Assembly: GCA_946965045.2 (NCBI GenBank)
Contig: OX337235.1
Span: forward strand, 558,001-622,000
Origin: Epithemia pelagica
Lineage: Eukaryota > Protista > Bacillariophyta
DNA: 64,000 bases
Direction: 5' to 3'
Part shown: piece after piece, positions 35,101 to 47,700 of the stretch
Position numbering within the stretch: position 1 is the first letter of the stretch
Layout: each line of letters begins with the position of its first letter
Notes under the pieces: model-generated
What the model was told of the DNA's origin: nothing
What the model saw: only the letters and a program-made list of their open reading frames with translations
The model's database searches: none
Position numbers and translations under genes: made by a program

Positions 35101-38100
35101 GAAATATCATCAGGTCGAGCAGTTGCTGTTTAAACTGGATGGTCTGCATTTATTGGATGATCTAGTCAGTCCTCCGATGGAGTCAAACAAGACTTTACAA
35201 GCGGTAAGCCAATTGGTTAAACAGCACGTAGACGGGGTGAGGGTTGATGTAAATACGAACTGGTCAGAACGAAAATACAAGTCCGTCAATGAGAATATTG
35301 CTGATCTGAAACAAATGGAGGCGAGTTTCAAGTCTTACCATGATATTTTTCCAACATCATGGAACACCGGAGTATTACGTGCTATCGAATCCGAGATTGA
35401 GTCGCTGGGCGCTCGGGCACGTGGCTTTCTGGAATCGAAAGTTACAGCGTACCAGAAGTTAGATGACTTTCGTCGATGCTTTGTACGGATGGGGTATGTC
35501 CTAGATGAATTGGTTTGGTTCAAAGATATCACGAAATCGACGATGTATTCAGTCCTGGAGGCTTGTTTGAATGCTGATTGGGGCCACGGGTTCTTATTTG
35601 AACTTGGGCTTAGTCTACAACGAGGTGACGCAAATGCAGATGATGACGAGAATCGCATTTGTCAAATGATCGTTGCAGAGTTTAGTCATTTCAAGGAGGT
35701 TCAGACTATGGTGTGGAATGAAGAGACATGCCAGAAGCCTGCCGATGATACAGTTCATGATATACGAGGAGAGCAACGAAGTAGCTCAGGCACGAAAGAG
35801 TTGGACATTGATAAGCACGAGCTGTTGAAGAAATTTTGGTCCTTTGAAGAGAAGTACAAGCTGTATTTGGCTGAATATCTGAATCCAGATGCAGATATAA
35901 ATGAGCTTGTACAAACAGTGGTTAGAGCAGCGACAAGTTTACAACCTATCAAATGTGCTGGTGGATGGACAACGGAGGTGAAAGAACGTCTTCCGTCGGT
36001 AGTGGCAGGTGTTTTTGCTGTATTTACGGTCCTCAAATCTTCTGCAACGTATAATCGAATTGGCAATGACGAACTAGGAGAAAAAATTCTCATGAAACCA
36101 CATAACATCCAAGTCTTGACGATTCTGTCCATGTTTGGATGTGGTGATTTGACAAGCTCTAATCTTGAGAACCAAGTCATGCAGATCCGCACGGGTGAGG
36201 GAAAATCTCTGATTCTTGGTGCCTCGGCTGTTGTACTGGCGCTTTTTGGTTTCCGCGTTCGTTGCGTATGCTACAGCGAGTATCTTTCAAATCGCGACTA
36301 CGAGTTATTCAAGGATTTGTTTGGATGTTTCCAGTTGACAGATAAAATCACGTACTCCAAGATCACGACACTTTCCGAAGATTGCACAAGAGCAAAAGGG
36401 GACATCCGCAAGTTGACCGGTGGCCTATTAAGAGGTTCTCTCGCCCATGATGGTACCGCGATTCGGACGACAGGACAAGGCGGCCTTGACGAGGAGATTT
36501 TGGTTGTGGATGAATTTGATGTATTCTTTGGCTCCGACTTTTATGGCCAAACATATAATCAGGTTTACCAGTTGCAAGAAGACGAAATTGCTGAGATACT
36601 TAAATTCATTTGGGCGAACAACATGCGAGGAGGACCAAAACTGAAACTTGCGGATGTACAAAGTATCGAGCCATACCGTCACCTTGTGCAGAAGTATCCT
36701 GACTTTGCTTATGTATTCGACAACGAAATTTTGTTGATGATTGATCAAGTGAAGAGAGTCGACGAGGAACCATACCATCTTGACGAAGTTACGGGACGCA
36801 TCGGGTACAAAGTAATGGATACAATCGAGTACGATGTTACTTATGGATACTGTACGATGTTTGCATACCTCAAGGAAGCCGAAAAGGGAAAACTGCAGAA
36901 TGCCGAGACAAGACTGGCGAATGTTCTTGCAATGCCCGTGTCATGTGGACAGTTTTCGTATGCCGGTATCAGTCCACTTCGAATTCTAGGTGTTTCTGGA
37001 ACAGTGGAGGCAATGGGTCAATACGAACACGATGTTCTGGCGAAGTATGGAATTGAAAGGTTTATCTACGTTCCGAGTGTCTATGGTCCATCCAATTTCA
37101 AATTTGACATGGCTGGAGATGGTATATTCGTGGAACCATCGGTTAGCGATTTCTTTCACAAAATCACGGATGTCATTCTCGATGTGACGAAGCAAAGGAG
37201 GGCTGCGATCGTGTTCTTTCATGATAACTTGCGCTTACAAGAATACAAACAAAGTTCATTCTTCAAGAGGCTTGGTCGTCGTCAAATTCGATTGCTGACA
37301 GAGGATATGAGCGCTGATGATAAAGGTTTTGTTGTGAAAAAAGCTGCGACGGCTGGTCAGATAACATTGTGTACAGCGTCGTTTGGTCGAGGAACAGATT
37401 TCTTTTGCAAGGATGATGTTGTGCAAAAGAATGGCGGTGTCCACGTCATCCAAGCTTTTTTGTCGGAGGAACTCAGTGAGGAGGTTCAAATCAGAGGCCG
37501 AACAGCTAGGCAGGGGAAGCAAGGATCTTATCAGATGGTATTGCTTGAATCTGACCTCGAGACTCACTTTGATATCGAGCGAGGTGCAAAAGACAAAGTT
37601 CCAAAAAAGGATAGATATGAATGGCTTTCTAATGCCCGCCGAAAGAAGCATCAAAGTCATTGCCATGTGATGGACGTCAATCTCGAGGGTGCCACCGAAA
37701 AGGATAAGAACACAAATCTTTACTTTGATTCTCTTCTACAGGGTAACGCGCGGAGGGCACAGGACTTGTTCAAAGAGTTGTACTTTTCAATGAAAACCCA
37801 GGCATTGGCTGCAAACACGGAAATTGACATTGCGTTTCTGATTGATGTCACTGGAAGCATGGGGCCTTACAGTTCTGCGATTGCGGCCACTATCCGAACA
37901 CTGATTGACAAGCAGGGAGTAGTCATGGGACGCCTCAAAGCTAACTACCCAGACACGGAGTTCACCTTCCGCACCGCAGTGATGGCTTTTAGGGACATTG
38001 ATGACAAGGCGAAACAATTCACTGAGAGTGTATGGCAATCAAAGAGTCGTTTCACAGACGTTGCCGATGAAGCAATTCGTTTTGTCGAACGTGAAACTAA

Positions 38101-39133
38101 ACAGTCATCTGGTGGTGGTGATTTGGCCGAAGATATTCTAGGAGCTCTTGATCGCTCTGCAGAATGGAAGGGCCCAGGAGCTTGGACTTCAAGACTTAAG
38201 TTCATGATGGTTCTCACAGATGCGGCTGCACATGGGTTGGCCAATCCGGCAGTAGCAGGTGGTCCAAACGGAGACCACTATTCTTCACGGCATCCTCTTG
38301 GTTTGACCGCTCATAGTGTGATGGGTAAACTTGTTTCCAAGGGGATTGATCTGTTCATGTGTTCGTTCAACCCAATGGCAACATTGAAGACTGAAGAGGA
38401 ACTTTCCCAGACGTATCTCAACCACCCTAGCAATAAGGATCAACGTGAAGTGACAACTATCCCCCTAGTACCTACTTCCAAACAGTCAGGTGCTCACGAT
38501 CCAGTGAGCTACAATCGACACATTGTTTTTGTGCTGGATGAGTCAGGATCAATGTACAATGACTGGTCGGGGGTAGTGGTTGCTTACAATCAATACATTT
38601 CACGTCGCCGGCAGTACCAGTGCGACTCAGATCTCGTGTCGGTTGTCCAGTTTTCTAGTCAATCAAGAATCACAATTCAGCAGCAGAAAATCCAAGAGGC
38701 TCCGAAGTCCTTGCACTATCACAATGGTGGAACTCAGTTCAGTCCAGCTGCTCAGAATGCCTGTGCCTTGGCAAGGGGTACTCCGTCGACGCATGTACCA
38801 GTCATTGTCTTTATGAGTGATGGTTGCGCAGACGATGCTTCACAAGCAGCATCGTATTTTTCTTCACTTAATAATTACATCAAGGGACACACCGGCAGTG
38901 ATCTTGAGCTTCATGTAATTGCCTTCGGGTTGAATGCAAGTCAGGCTCAACTCAGTCAAATTGCCGCCGCGTCGCCGATTGGCAAGGTTCGCGCCAGTAC
39001 CGACACGGCGGACTTGTCCAAAGTCTTTGAAGAGATTGCGGGTGGTGCGAATGTGGCTGGACTCCTCGAGGCCGAGATTGGAAAACGAGTTTCGGAGGCC
39101 GTGGGCAACAAACTTGCCCTCGAATTCATGTAA
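29198..39133 (+). CDS. Paralog C of the giant GTPase / SecA-like / 2x vWA family (3311 codons including one in-frame TGA at 29765-29767)
   Basis: ORFs 29183-29767 and 29786-39133 are in the same frame, separated only by GAG TGA GAA; first ATG at 29198. Same motif set as B: IMGKTGAGKT, DSPG, QIRTGEGKS, VDEFD, GRGTDF, QIRGRTARQG, DVTGS, DESGS. Identical C-terminus LLEAEIGKRVSEAVGNKLALEFM. Confidence 0.9.
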
Positions 39134-39685
39134 TTCATACACCTGGGCACGTGGACATGGGCTGTTTGGTTTGGCAGTCGTTGTCAATGGTCACGCTTCT
39201 TTACGTCATATCCTCTCGTAGTCTCTTTCGTGGACTTTATATGCATGTTGCGCTCAACAATAAGATAATAACAGTACATTTGTTTTGTTCGCTGGGAAGC
39301 AGCAGCCTCTCGCTTGTAGCTATGGATTGTGCGTTCTGGCCACAAGATGGTGTTCTCTCGTAACCTTGAGATGTGGATCGGTTGTAGACAGACGAGGCTT
39401 CTATAGATTGCCAAGAATATGGAACCGACTCTACTAAAGCAACACAGACCGTTGCATGAAATAACATCTACCTATTAGGCAGAATCGACATAGCAGTGGC
39501 TTTTATGCGACCGGTATTGATGGTGGAGGGCAGAGCCGTCGTGTTTCAGTCGCTTATATTAAATCGTGTCAAAAGTAAACCGGAAGTAGATCTTTTTCCA
39601 CGAACTTTTTCGACCATGATGATATCTTATTCCGAGAGAGGAATTACTCACAACAAACCCACCGTTGGCCATGTTTGAAACAGTG

Positions 39686-42382
39686 ATGCATCGTATCCGT
39701 CGACTTTCCTTGCTTGCTGTCTGTCTTTCTTCTCCGCTTTTCGCATCTCGTTCTTTCTTCCTGTTCGTCGTGTGCGATGCTGCATCATCGGGTGTTCACG
39801 TTCATGAATTGGCACCCAGAATCTATCACAAAGGCGATCAGTGAGTACAACAGAGCCTTGTGTTTACTTGCACCACTCATGGCTGTGGACAGCCATTGTC
39901 ACCGCTCGCGACTCTCACTTGATCTTTCTGTCAATCTCATGCTACCCATGGGAACGAACATCACCTGCAAAACGTGACTAGGGTGGAGCTCAAAACAAAC
40001 AAGCTCTATTCGACAAAGACATTGATACCCGTCGATTATTTCTCGCTTCCCTTTATCCAAAATGAGTGTTCAGGTACTCTGGACCAACAATATCAAAACG
40101 TTGGCGTGTTGCTGCAAGGTGATCGTATCCATAAGTTGCCATACCGCATCGAGTTTCTCAAGGATGTCTATTGTGAGCAACTGGGCATTACCAATGCCGG
40201 CCGAGGTGAACGCAAAGGCACACGCGACAATCGAATGGTCGCCGCTATTCACAACAGTTATGGCAGCAATTGGATTGTCGACAATCTTCCTGCGTTGAAA
40301 ATGTATTTCGACAGGGCTGAAATAAAGCAGTATGTTCCTGGTGCCGCTCCTATTGGCTTTGTGTCGTCGGCAGATGGCATTGCTTATTTGAACAATCACG
40401 TAAGTATCATTCTCTTTCAAAACACTCTGCCTTTCTTTAGATATCGCTGACATCGGCTCATTTATGCATATACTATAAGGTCAACATCATATTGGAATAC
40501 CAAGTGGTACAAGGCAAGAAGGATTCGTACCAGATTGTAGGGTTCGCCCTTGAACCATTTAGTTTTCATCAAGACTTTGAGTTCCTTCAGGATTCCACTG
40601 ATGGTAGTGCCCCCTTTGTCGAGATTATCAACCCGATTCCCTCCTGTAACTCGGCTATACGTGATCCTCCACATGTCTACCAAAGAGCAATTGAGGATCT
40701 TTCTCCTCAACCAGCTTCGGGCAAGGTACTCTTCACCTACGTAAGACTTTCAAAGATAATTTCACCAAAACTGTGACACCGCAAAGTCCTCATCATTCTA
40801 TTTTGTTCTCTTTCTCCAGGATGTCATTTGGAAAGAAAAAGCGAACGTTTCATGGTCCAATCGATGGGATCCCTACGTCCAAAATTGGATTCCACCCGTC
40901 ATACAAACGACTCTGATAGGTCAAAAAGTCTTTTTGTTGATTGTCGTATCGGGCATTGCCTTGTGGGTGGTACTTCAAAAGCTTTGTTGCCAGAAGCGAC
41001 GACAACGACCCTGGCGTGATGAAGTGCTGGATTACCAACGTGTTTCCACCTCCACGACCGAATCGACAGCTGGGCAAGGCCCTTTGGATTCGAACTCAGA
41101 AGCACCACCGGACATGGTTTCTGACAATGACGACCGAAACACGAACAATTCCGGTAACGCATCATCACCCACAGGGCCTTGTTGGATTACGGCACAGGCC
41201 TCCATGATACGTCCTCCAGTGACTGCACCCAAATTCTTGGTCTTGTTTGTGGGTACGGGAGCACAGCTCTTGGTCATGACTGTGGGCATGCTCTGCATGG
41301 GACTCCATGGTTCCTTGAGCCCTGCCATTCCCGGTCGGTGGCATACAGCGCAACTTTTTTGGTACAGCATGGGTGGTTTGGTGGGTGGATACAGTTCCAC
41401 ACGATTGTACGAATTGTTTGGAGGTAACAACAATGATTGGGGTCCTCATGCTCTTCGAATGGCTCACTTTTTCCCCTTGGTCGCTGCTATAGCCTATTGT
41501 TTCATCAATCTCATTGCGCTGGGACAACGATCAACATATGTCATGCCCTTTCGCGTGACGGGCTATTTGCTCATGCTCTGGTTGGGTCTTTCGACACCCA
41601 TGGTATATCTGGGTAATATGATTGCTCGAGGTCAAAGTGCAATCGGCTTTGTGCCCGACACAACTAATGACAACAACAATTCATCCTCGGACGATGTTCG
41701 TGACAGGTCCCCACCACATCCAGTACCGTTTAGGTTGTCTCCTCCCTGTTCCATTGCCATTGCAGGAGCTGTGCCCTATTTTGGTGCCATCTCTTTTGAA
41801 TTTCGCAATCTTCTCATGCCAAGTTTGTGGAACAATGATTTGTTCCATGACTATGTCTACCTTGCCAAAACGATGGTCCTTTTTGTCTTGCTGGTACAAG
41901 TCATGACCTTGTTGCTTCATGTCAAATTGTTGTGTCATCACCAGTACGACACTTGGTGGTGGCGATCCTTTGTGCATGGGGGTGCCTCGGCGTTGTGGTT
42001 GTGGGGCAACAGTTTGACGTACTACATGCACATGTACCTTTGGACGGCTAGTTTCGGTACATTTCTGATTTATTTTGTGTACATGACGGTGCTATCGTTC
42101 AGTGTCTTTTTGATACTGGGCTTTGTGGGTCTGTCCACCATTTACTTATTTCATCACCTGGCCGTTGCTTGCAGTTTCCCAATCCCATCTCCCACGGCAA
42201 GCCAAAACAACAACACTCATGATTTGGAAATGAGCGAGGCCGACAGTCCCCTGTTGCAAACTAGTAGTAGTAATGCAAACGACGCTTCCTCTTCCGTAGA
42301 AGAATCGCACCCGAAATCCAATCTCGTCGATACAATCTCGTCGGATTCACCAACAGACACACCGGCATTGTCCCCGCCGTGA
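39686..42382 (+). CDS. TM9SF: Divergent transmembrane 9 superfamily (EMP70/TMN) protein, 4 exons (39686-39840, 39982-40399, 40480-40740, 40820-42382), about 798 aa
   Basis: GT-AG introns 39841-39981, 40400-40479 and 40741-40819 join in frame. The spliced product reads APRIYHKGDQVELKTNKLYSTKT, WIVDNLP, YLNNHVNIILEY, VLFTYDVIW...WSNRWDPY, followed by multi-TM segments and WWWRSFVHGG. Alternative in-frame ATG at 39671. Confidence 0.88.
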
Positions 42383-42618
42383 TTGAGTCACTGACATGTA
42401 TCACCCCTGATTTCAATCTCATCGATGCAATCTCGTCCGGTCCACCACCAGACACACCGGCATTGTCCCCGCCGTGACAATCGCAGTACTCTCTTCTGTA
42501 TTAAATCCTATCACCCGGATTTCAATCTCATCGATGCAATCTCGTCCGGTCCACCACCAGACACACCGGCATTGTCCCCGCCGTGACAATCGCAGTACTC
42601 TCTTCTGTATTAAATCCT
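42319..42618 (+). repeat. Three imperfect copies (periods 95 and 109 bp) of the TM9SF terminal codons plus stop
   Basis: CAGACACACCGGCATTGTCCCCGCCGTGA starts at 42354, 42449 and 42558; copies 2 and 3 are nearly identical over about 100 bp. Confidence 0.92.
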
Positions 42619-42782
42619 GTTTGTTCTCAATGATGCAGGGTTCTAGAACTACAGATATAAATACTTGATATAAACAAGATACGTTTCCTTTCCTTTGTCG
42701 TTTCGATCGACTGATGTAATGGAAGGACCGGCAAATCCAATCTAATTTTGTCATTTTATTTCGAACAAGACGAAGATGACCT

Positions 42783-43678
42783 TTACGGACCCGCATTGTT
42801 GTTGTCGTTGTTGTTGTCGTTGTTGTTGTTGTTGTCGTTGTTGTTGCTGTTGTTGTTCCACCAGTTGTTCCACAGACGTTGCGCCTTGGCAGTCACATGG
42901 TCGACCCTTTGTGTCATGGACGACACTGGCAACGTGGAGTTGGATCGAGTCCAGGACGATGACGATACGGAGGAAGCCACGCCTCTTCTTGTTGTTGCTG
43001 CTGTTGCTGTTGGTGGATCACGAAAGGAGACTTGTCGATGACGTCGGCCATGCCGTAAGGACGACGACGACAAGCGTGTTGTTGGGTTGGATCGTGCTCG
43101 TTTCGCATTCCGGGTGTGGGTGACCTTGGTTGAAACCGTCGGTGTTCTTTTGGTTTGTTTGGAAATATATCGTGGACTCGTCCACAGGGAGCCCAATAGG
43201 GTTTGTTCGTTTTCTTCTGGTTTGGTACCGGAAAATGACAGGGGTAGTTTTCTCGTGGTGCTGGTGCTGGGCGTTGTCGTTGGAGGAGGACATGGCGATG
43301 CCGAATTTCTCAAGTTCAATCGGGGACGTTTGCGAGGTCTCGGTGTTGTGGCAGTAGTTGTCGTAGGAATTGGGCTGGCCATATTGCTGCTGCTTGTTGT
43401 TTCTTGTCCCAACGAGGCTGCCACATTCCTGGCGTCTAGCGTGGCATTCATCAGTACGGTGTCGTGTTTTGGATTGTTCTTTTCCTGGAATGGCCACAGC
43501 AACGAAGACCAAGACGTTGGACGAGAGCGTTTTCGTCCCTTGGTGGAATGTCGTGGAGTACTACTAGTCTGCATTGGATTGGCAATGGACGTTGTCGAGA
43601 TATTGTTGCGCCTTGCTGTCGCATCAGTGCCGAAAATGACCGGCCCTTGTGAAGGACAAGGAGAAGAAGAGGAGGGCA

Positions 43679-43712
<34 letters not shown>

Positions 43713-44251
43713 GCATTTTGGCGTTGGTAGGTGTGCCACTGTGGTGGTGGAACCAGGGGGACAAGGTTGCTCTCTCTTCTTTTGACGTTGTTGTCGTTGT
43801 CGTTTCTGGTGATGATGAGAATAATAGCAGGGCCGACACACAAAGGTATCGGCCAACAAGAGTCTTCCACACAAGGGACTATTGTGCAGTGGTTTTTGAC
43901 ACGATGCACACCACGTCACTGCTGCCGCCATTCGGACCGTCGTCGGGGCGGTTGGAGGCCTTTTCCTCGACGAGGCGATTGCTGTGGTGGTTTCTTCTGG
44001 AGTGGATGAATTCTGGAGCGGCAAATTCCTGTGGGTGTGAAGAATGGCGCGCTGGTTGTGCGTTGCTTGATTGGAACGTTGTGGTTCGTCTGGACTAGCG
44101 GTTTCCAAACCCACGAAACCTGTGTTTTGAGTAGCGCAATCGTCCTTCTTCTTGTCCTTGTCCTGAGATTTCGTCGTCGTCTCATCAGCGGCAACATCCA
44201 CCATCTCCAACAGGTCGTGGATCCACGTTGTTTCGTGGCCACAGGCAATAC
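42783..44251 (-). CDS. Low-complexity host ORF with a CxxC...CxxC pair, interrupted at codon 7 by the Copia element (first 19 nt at 50542-50560)
   Basis: Long open frame containing WCASC...VCRPC and Ser/Thr/Asn runs. Removing the element and one TSD copy restores ATG GTG CAT TGT TGT GCG GGT ATT GCC (MVHCCAGIACGH...), 495 aa. No family recognised. Confidence 0.5.
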
Positions 44252-44707
44252 TGTTGTTTTTCACTACTGTCGAGTAACGAAAAAGAGCTCTTTTGCAAAA
44301 ATTGTGTGTTTCTAGATTATCGTGTGCAAGCTATGAATCGCTCCTGCTCATGCGTTGAGCGTTGACTCGTAGATTGGTGCGTTGATCGACCAAATTGGCG
44401 GTCCCAATTGTTTATAGACGACCTTGCTGCCTCTTCTGAGATTCGTGGCTCCCTAAGTGGCGTCCGCTTACTTAGGAGCCAGTACCGTTATTGCTCTGGC
44501 CATGGGAGTCGTTGTTTAGAGCGGCATGAGTGTTACATAGCCGTCGTCCAAATCCCATGTTGAGATGCGTCGTTCGTCTTTGTGGATTTGTGATTTGTGA
44601 GAGGCGGCGGTTCAATGATGCGTTGGGCGTGTTGTGTCATGGGAATTCTGTCTCTGTCCCCCATTGTCCCCACGTGTAGTTATGCCCTTGCGTACAGTAT
44701 TTGAACA
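44252..44707 (-). repeat. 3' LTR of the Copia element
   Basis: Matches 50080-50535 except C/T at 44522 versus 50350. Confidence 0.95.
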
Positions 44708-44743
44708 CTCCCTCACAGAGCGGTATTGTCAGGACTACCAGGA

Positions 44744-47700
44744 CTACCAGCCCATGATAGATTTGCGATGTCGCTCGAAAGTATCCTTGTCCAAGGCTTT
44801 GGTGAAGATGTCGGCAGTTTGTAGCTCAGTATCACATGGTAGTATTGTGATCAGTTTCTGTTCCACATATTCTTTGAAGTGGAAGAGTTTTGTACACAGA
44901 TAGCGCGTTCGAGGACGATATTTGTGGACGGTTGCTAATTCGAACGCTCCATTGTTGTCCTCAAACGCTCGGCAATGCACTCTTGGTTGCGTCGATATGA
45001 CCTTGTATCCCCGCGTTTTCATTTCCTTGGTGATATGCATCAGTGGGATAACCGTCCGTAGTGACGTCGACAGACTAATGATCTCGGCCTCGGTTGTGGA
45101 AAGAGCAATCTCAGTCTGTAATTTAGAAGCCCACACAATAGGGCAGCCCCCGTAGAAGATGATATAGCCGGTACGAGATCGTGCCATATCCGTCCTGGGC
45201 ATATCAGTTTTGTTGAAGTTCCCACAAAAATCCGCATCGGCATAGACATCGAAGTTGGCATCTTCTTGTGGATTCAGTAGTATGCCGAGAGTACGGGTCG
45301 ACGCAAGATAGCGTCCGATTTGCTTGACTGCTCTTCCGTGTATTTGCTTTGGATTTGCTGCAAATCTCGCGCATTGGTGCACGGCATACGAAATGTCCGG
45401 TCGTGTACTCTTCTCGAGGAAGTTCAACTTCCCAATCACAGAGCGATAATGGAAGTGTCCGTCGAATGGGTCACCGTCGTCGTCTGAGCGCATCTTTACT
45501 GTACTTGCTGCTGGAATGTCTTTTCCTTGGGCGTCCTCCGGCAATCGTAAGTCATCGAGAATCGAATCAATTAGTCGTGTCTGGGATAGATGCATCCCCG
45601 ATTCCTGTTTTGTGATATGGACCCCTAAGAAATCTTCAACCCCGTCTTCATATGTCATCTTAAGCCCGATCTCTTCTAACTTGGCGATGATGCGATTCAG
45701 TTCTTCTGGATCCGGCCCTGTAAGAATTGAGTCATCTGTATACAATATGTATATGCTTTGGCCGTGATAAAACAGGCATTCGTCATGAGAGCTTTGTGTG
45801 AATCCCGCCTTCTCGAGCTGTTGTACCAGATGTTTGTTCCATACACGTGCTGCTTGCTTCTGTCCGTAGTAATTACGCCGAATTTTGAGTACATAGTCTT
45901 CAGCCTTTTGTTCACCCTTAGTGTCGAAGGTAAAAGCCTTTGGAGCCTCCATGTACATATCCGTCTCGGCCATTGCTTGGGTGTACGCTAGGACGTAGTC
46001 GACCTGTTTAATAGCCCATCCTTGCGCCAGAGCGGCAGTTAGAACATATCGTACAACAGGCCATTGGACAACAGGGGCATAGGTCTCCCAATAGTTGACC
46101 CCCTTTGTTTGTCCGGACCCATCAAAAGCTAGTCGTGATTTCCACTTGTAAATTTCCCCGGTCTCTAGCCTGCGCTTCCGCATGCAGCTCCAGACAGCGC
46201 GAGTAATATAGCTACCGGGAGGAATGTCTTTTCGGCGTACGATCTCCCACAATCCATTTTCCGTGTGATCTCTGACTTCCTTTTGTGCGGCCTTGATAAA
46301 TTCGTGGCGATCTGGTTGCTGCATGGCTTCGTGCCAATACATAACGTCAGGATTCTTCTGTGCTTGCGCCGTCATGCTCACGATGCCTGGGAGAGCAATA
46401 GCTAGTTCCCCCAATGGATTTAGGTCGTCGCCGAGTTCTGCCATGTATTCTTGATATCGTGTTGTCGGTCTTGGCTCCCTTTGTGACCGTCGGAGACCAG
46501 CTCCCTCATGCACGGGGATATTTGGTACGGCATCTCCCTCATCGTCTCTTGTCGGTGTAGCCTGATCTTGGTCCACTATCTCCTCGTTATTGTCTACCTC
46601 CCTCATGGGTGCGTCTAGATTGATAGCTTTTGCTCGTTTGGGTCGTGCTGTTCCGCTCGTCTGTTTGCTGAATCCCGCGCGCTGTTGCCAATAAGAGATT
46701 GGTTGGGCTTCTCCAAAACTACGACGGATAGTCTCAAAGTTGTCGTCATAGTGCACATGGAACTGTGGTGACGATAGGCCCGATGAAAGGGACAAAATAA
46801 GCCCAACCGTCCTTGCATGTTGCGCCGAGTAACCCAGGAAGATACCAACCCGTGATCGTTCGGACCACTTCGGTAGGCCCTTTCCAGCTTGAAGTTCGTT
46901 ATCCAGCACATAACTTGGGCATCCGAAGGTATGTGCATTTCGGATATTGAATCGTACAGGGGAACCGGAGAAGAGTTCAATCGGTGTCTTGTCTTTATGT
47001 TTCTTCAACGGAGCTTCGTTGAACATGTCTGATGCATACCGAACGGCATACGGCCATAGGTTCGTTGTGATCGCTGTGGGCCATCGTCGGTGTGCATGCA
47101 ATAGCATAGTTCTTGCCGAGTCTTGTAGATCGCGTATCCGACGTTCGGCCATGCCACTCTGGAAATGAGCGTTGACGCCACTGAAAGTCAGTCGCTGGCC
47201 TTTGCTCGCGACTGCTTTTCTAAACTCGTTGTCTGCGAAAATCCCATTGTCGGCATGATAATGCTGGATAGCTACCCCATGGGTTTCTGCCCATGACTCG
47301 AATCTCTCCTTAGCTTCACTAGTATCAGTAGCTGAGGTAGACCGCTGTAGATGTACATAGCCGATTCCCGAGAAGTGATCCACGAAAACAGTTGCAACGC
47401 GATATCGTTCTCGCGTCGGAGTACCGCGCATGTGTGCGATATAGCCAGGCGTATTCGAGATGAGCTGGTCCACTGACACGCATTGACCGGGGCGCGTCAT
47501 TGTATCTAAAGTTCCTTGCGATCCCTTGACTCGCCATGGTTTCTTCGTCGCTTTGCCGTACAGGCATGCGGTGCATGCTGGAACTGCACATGATCCCAGT
47601 CGCCTTGGTAATGCTCCTTGGCGTGCCATGGTTTGGATCTTTGCCATTGATAAATGTCCGAGTCGATGGTGAATGCGAAGGAGTTCAGCTGTTGGACTTT

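Noticed and set aside
43649-44098. ORF with a poly-Met run suggesting a membrane protein
   Set aside because: The run is a (GAT)n microsatellite read in another frame; it encodes poly-Ser in the longer minus-strand ORF.
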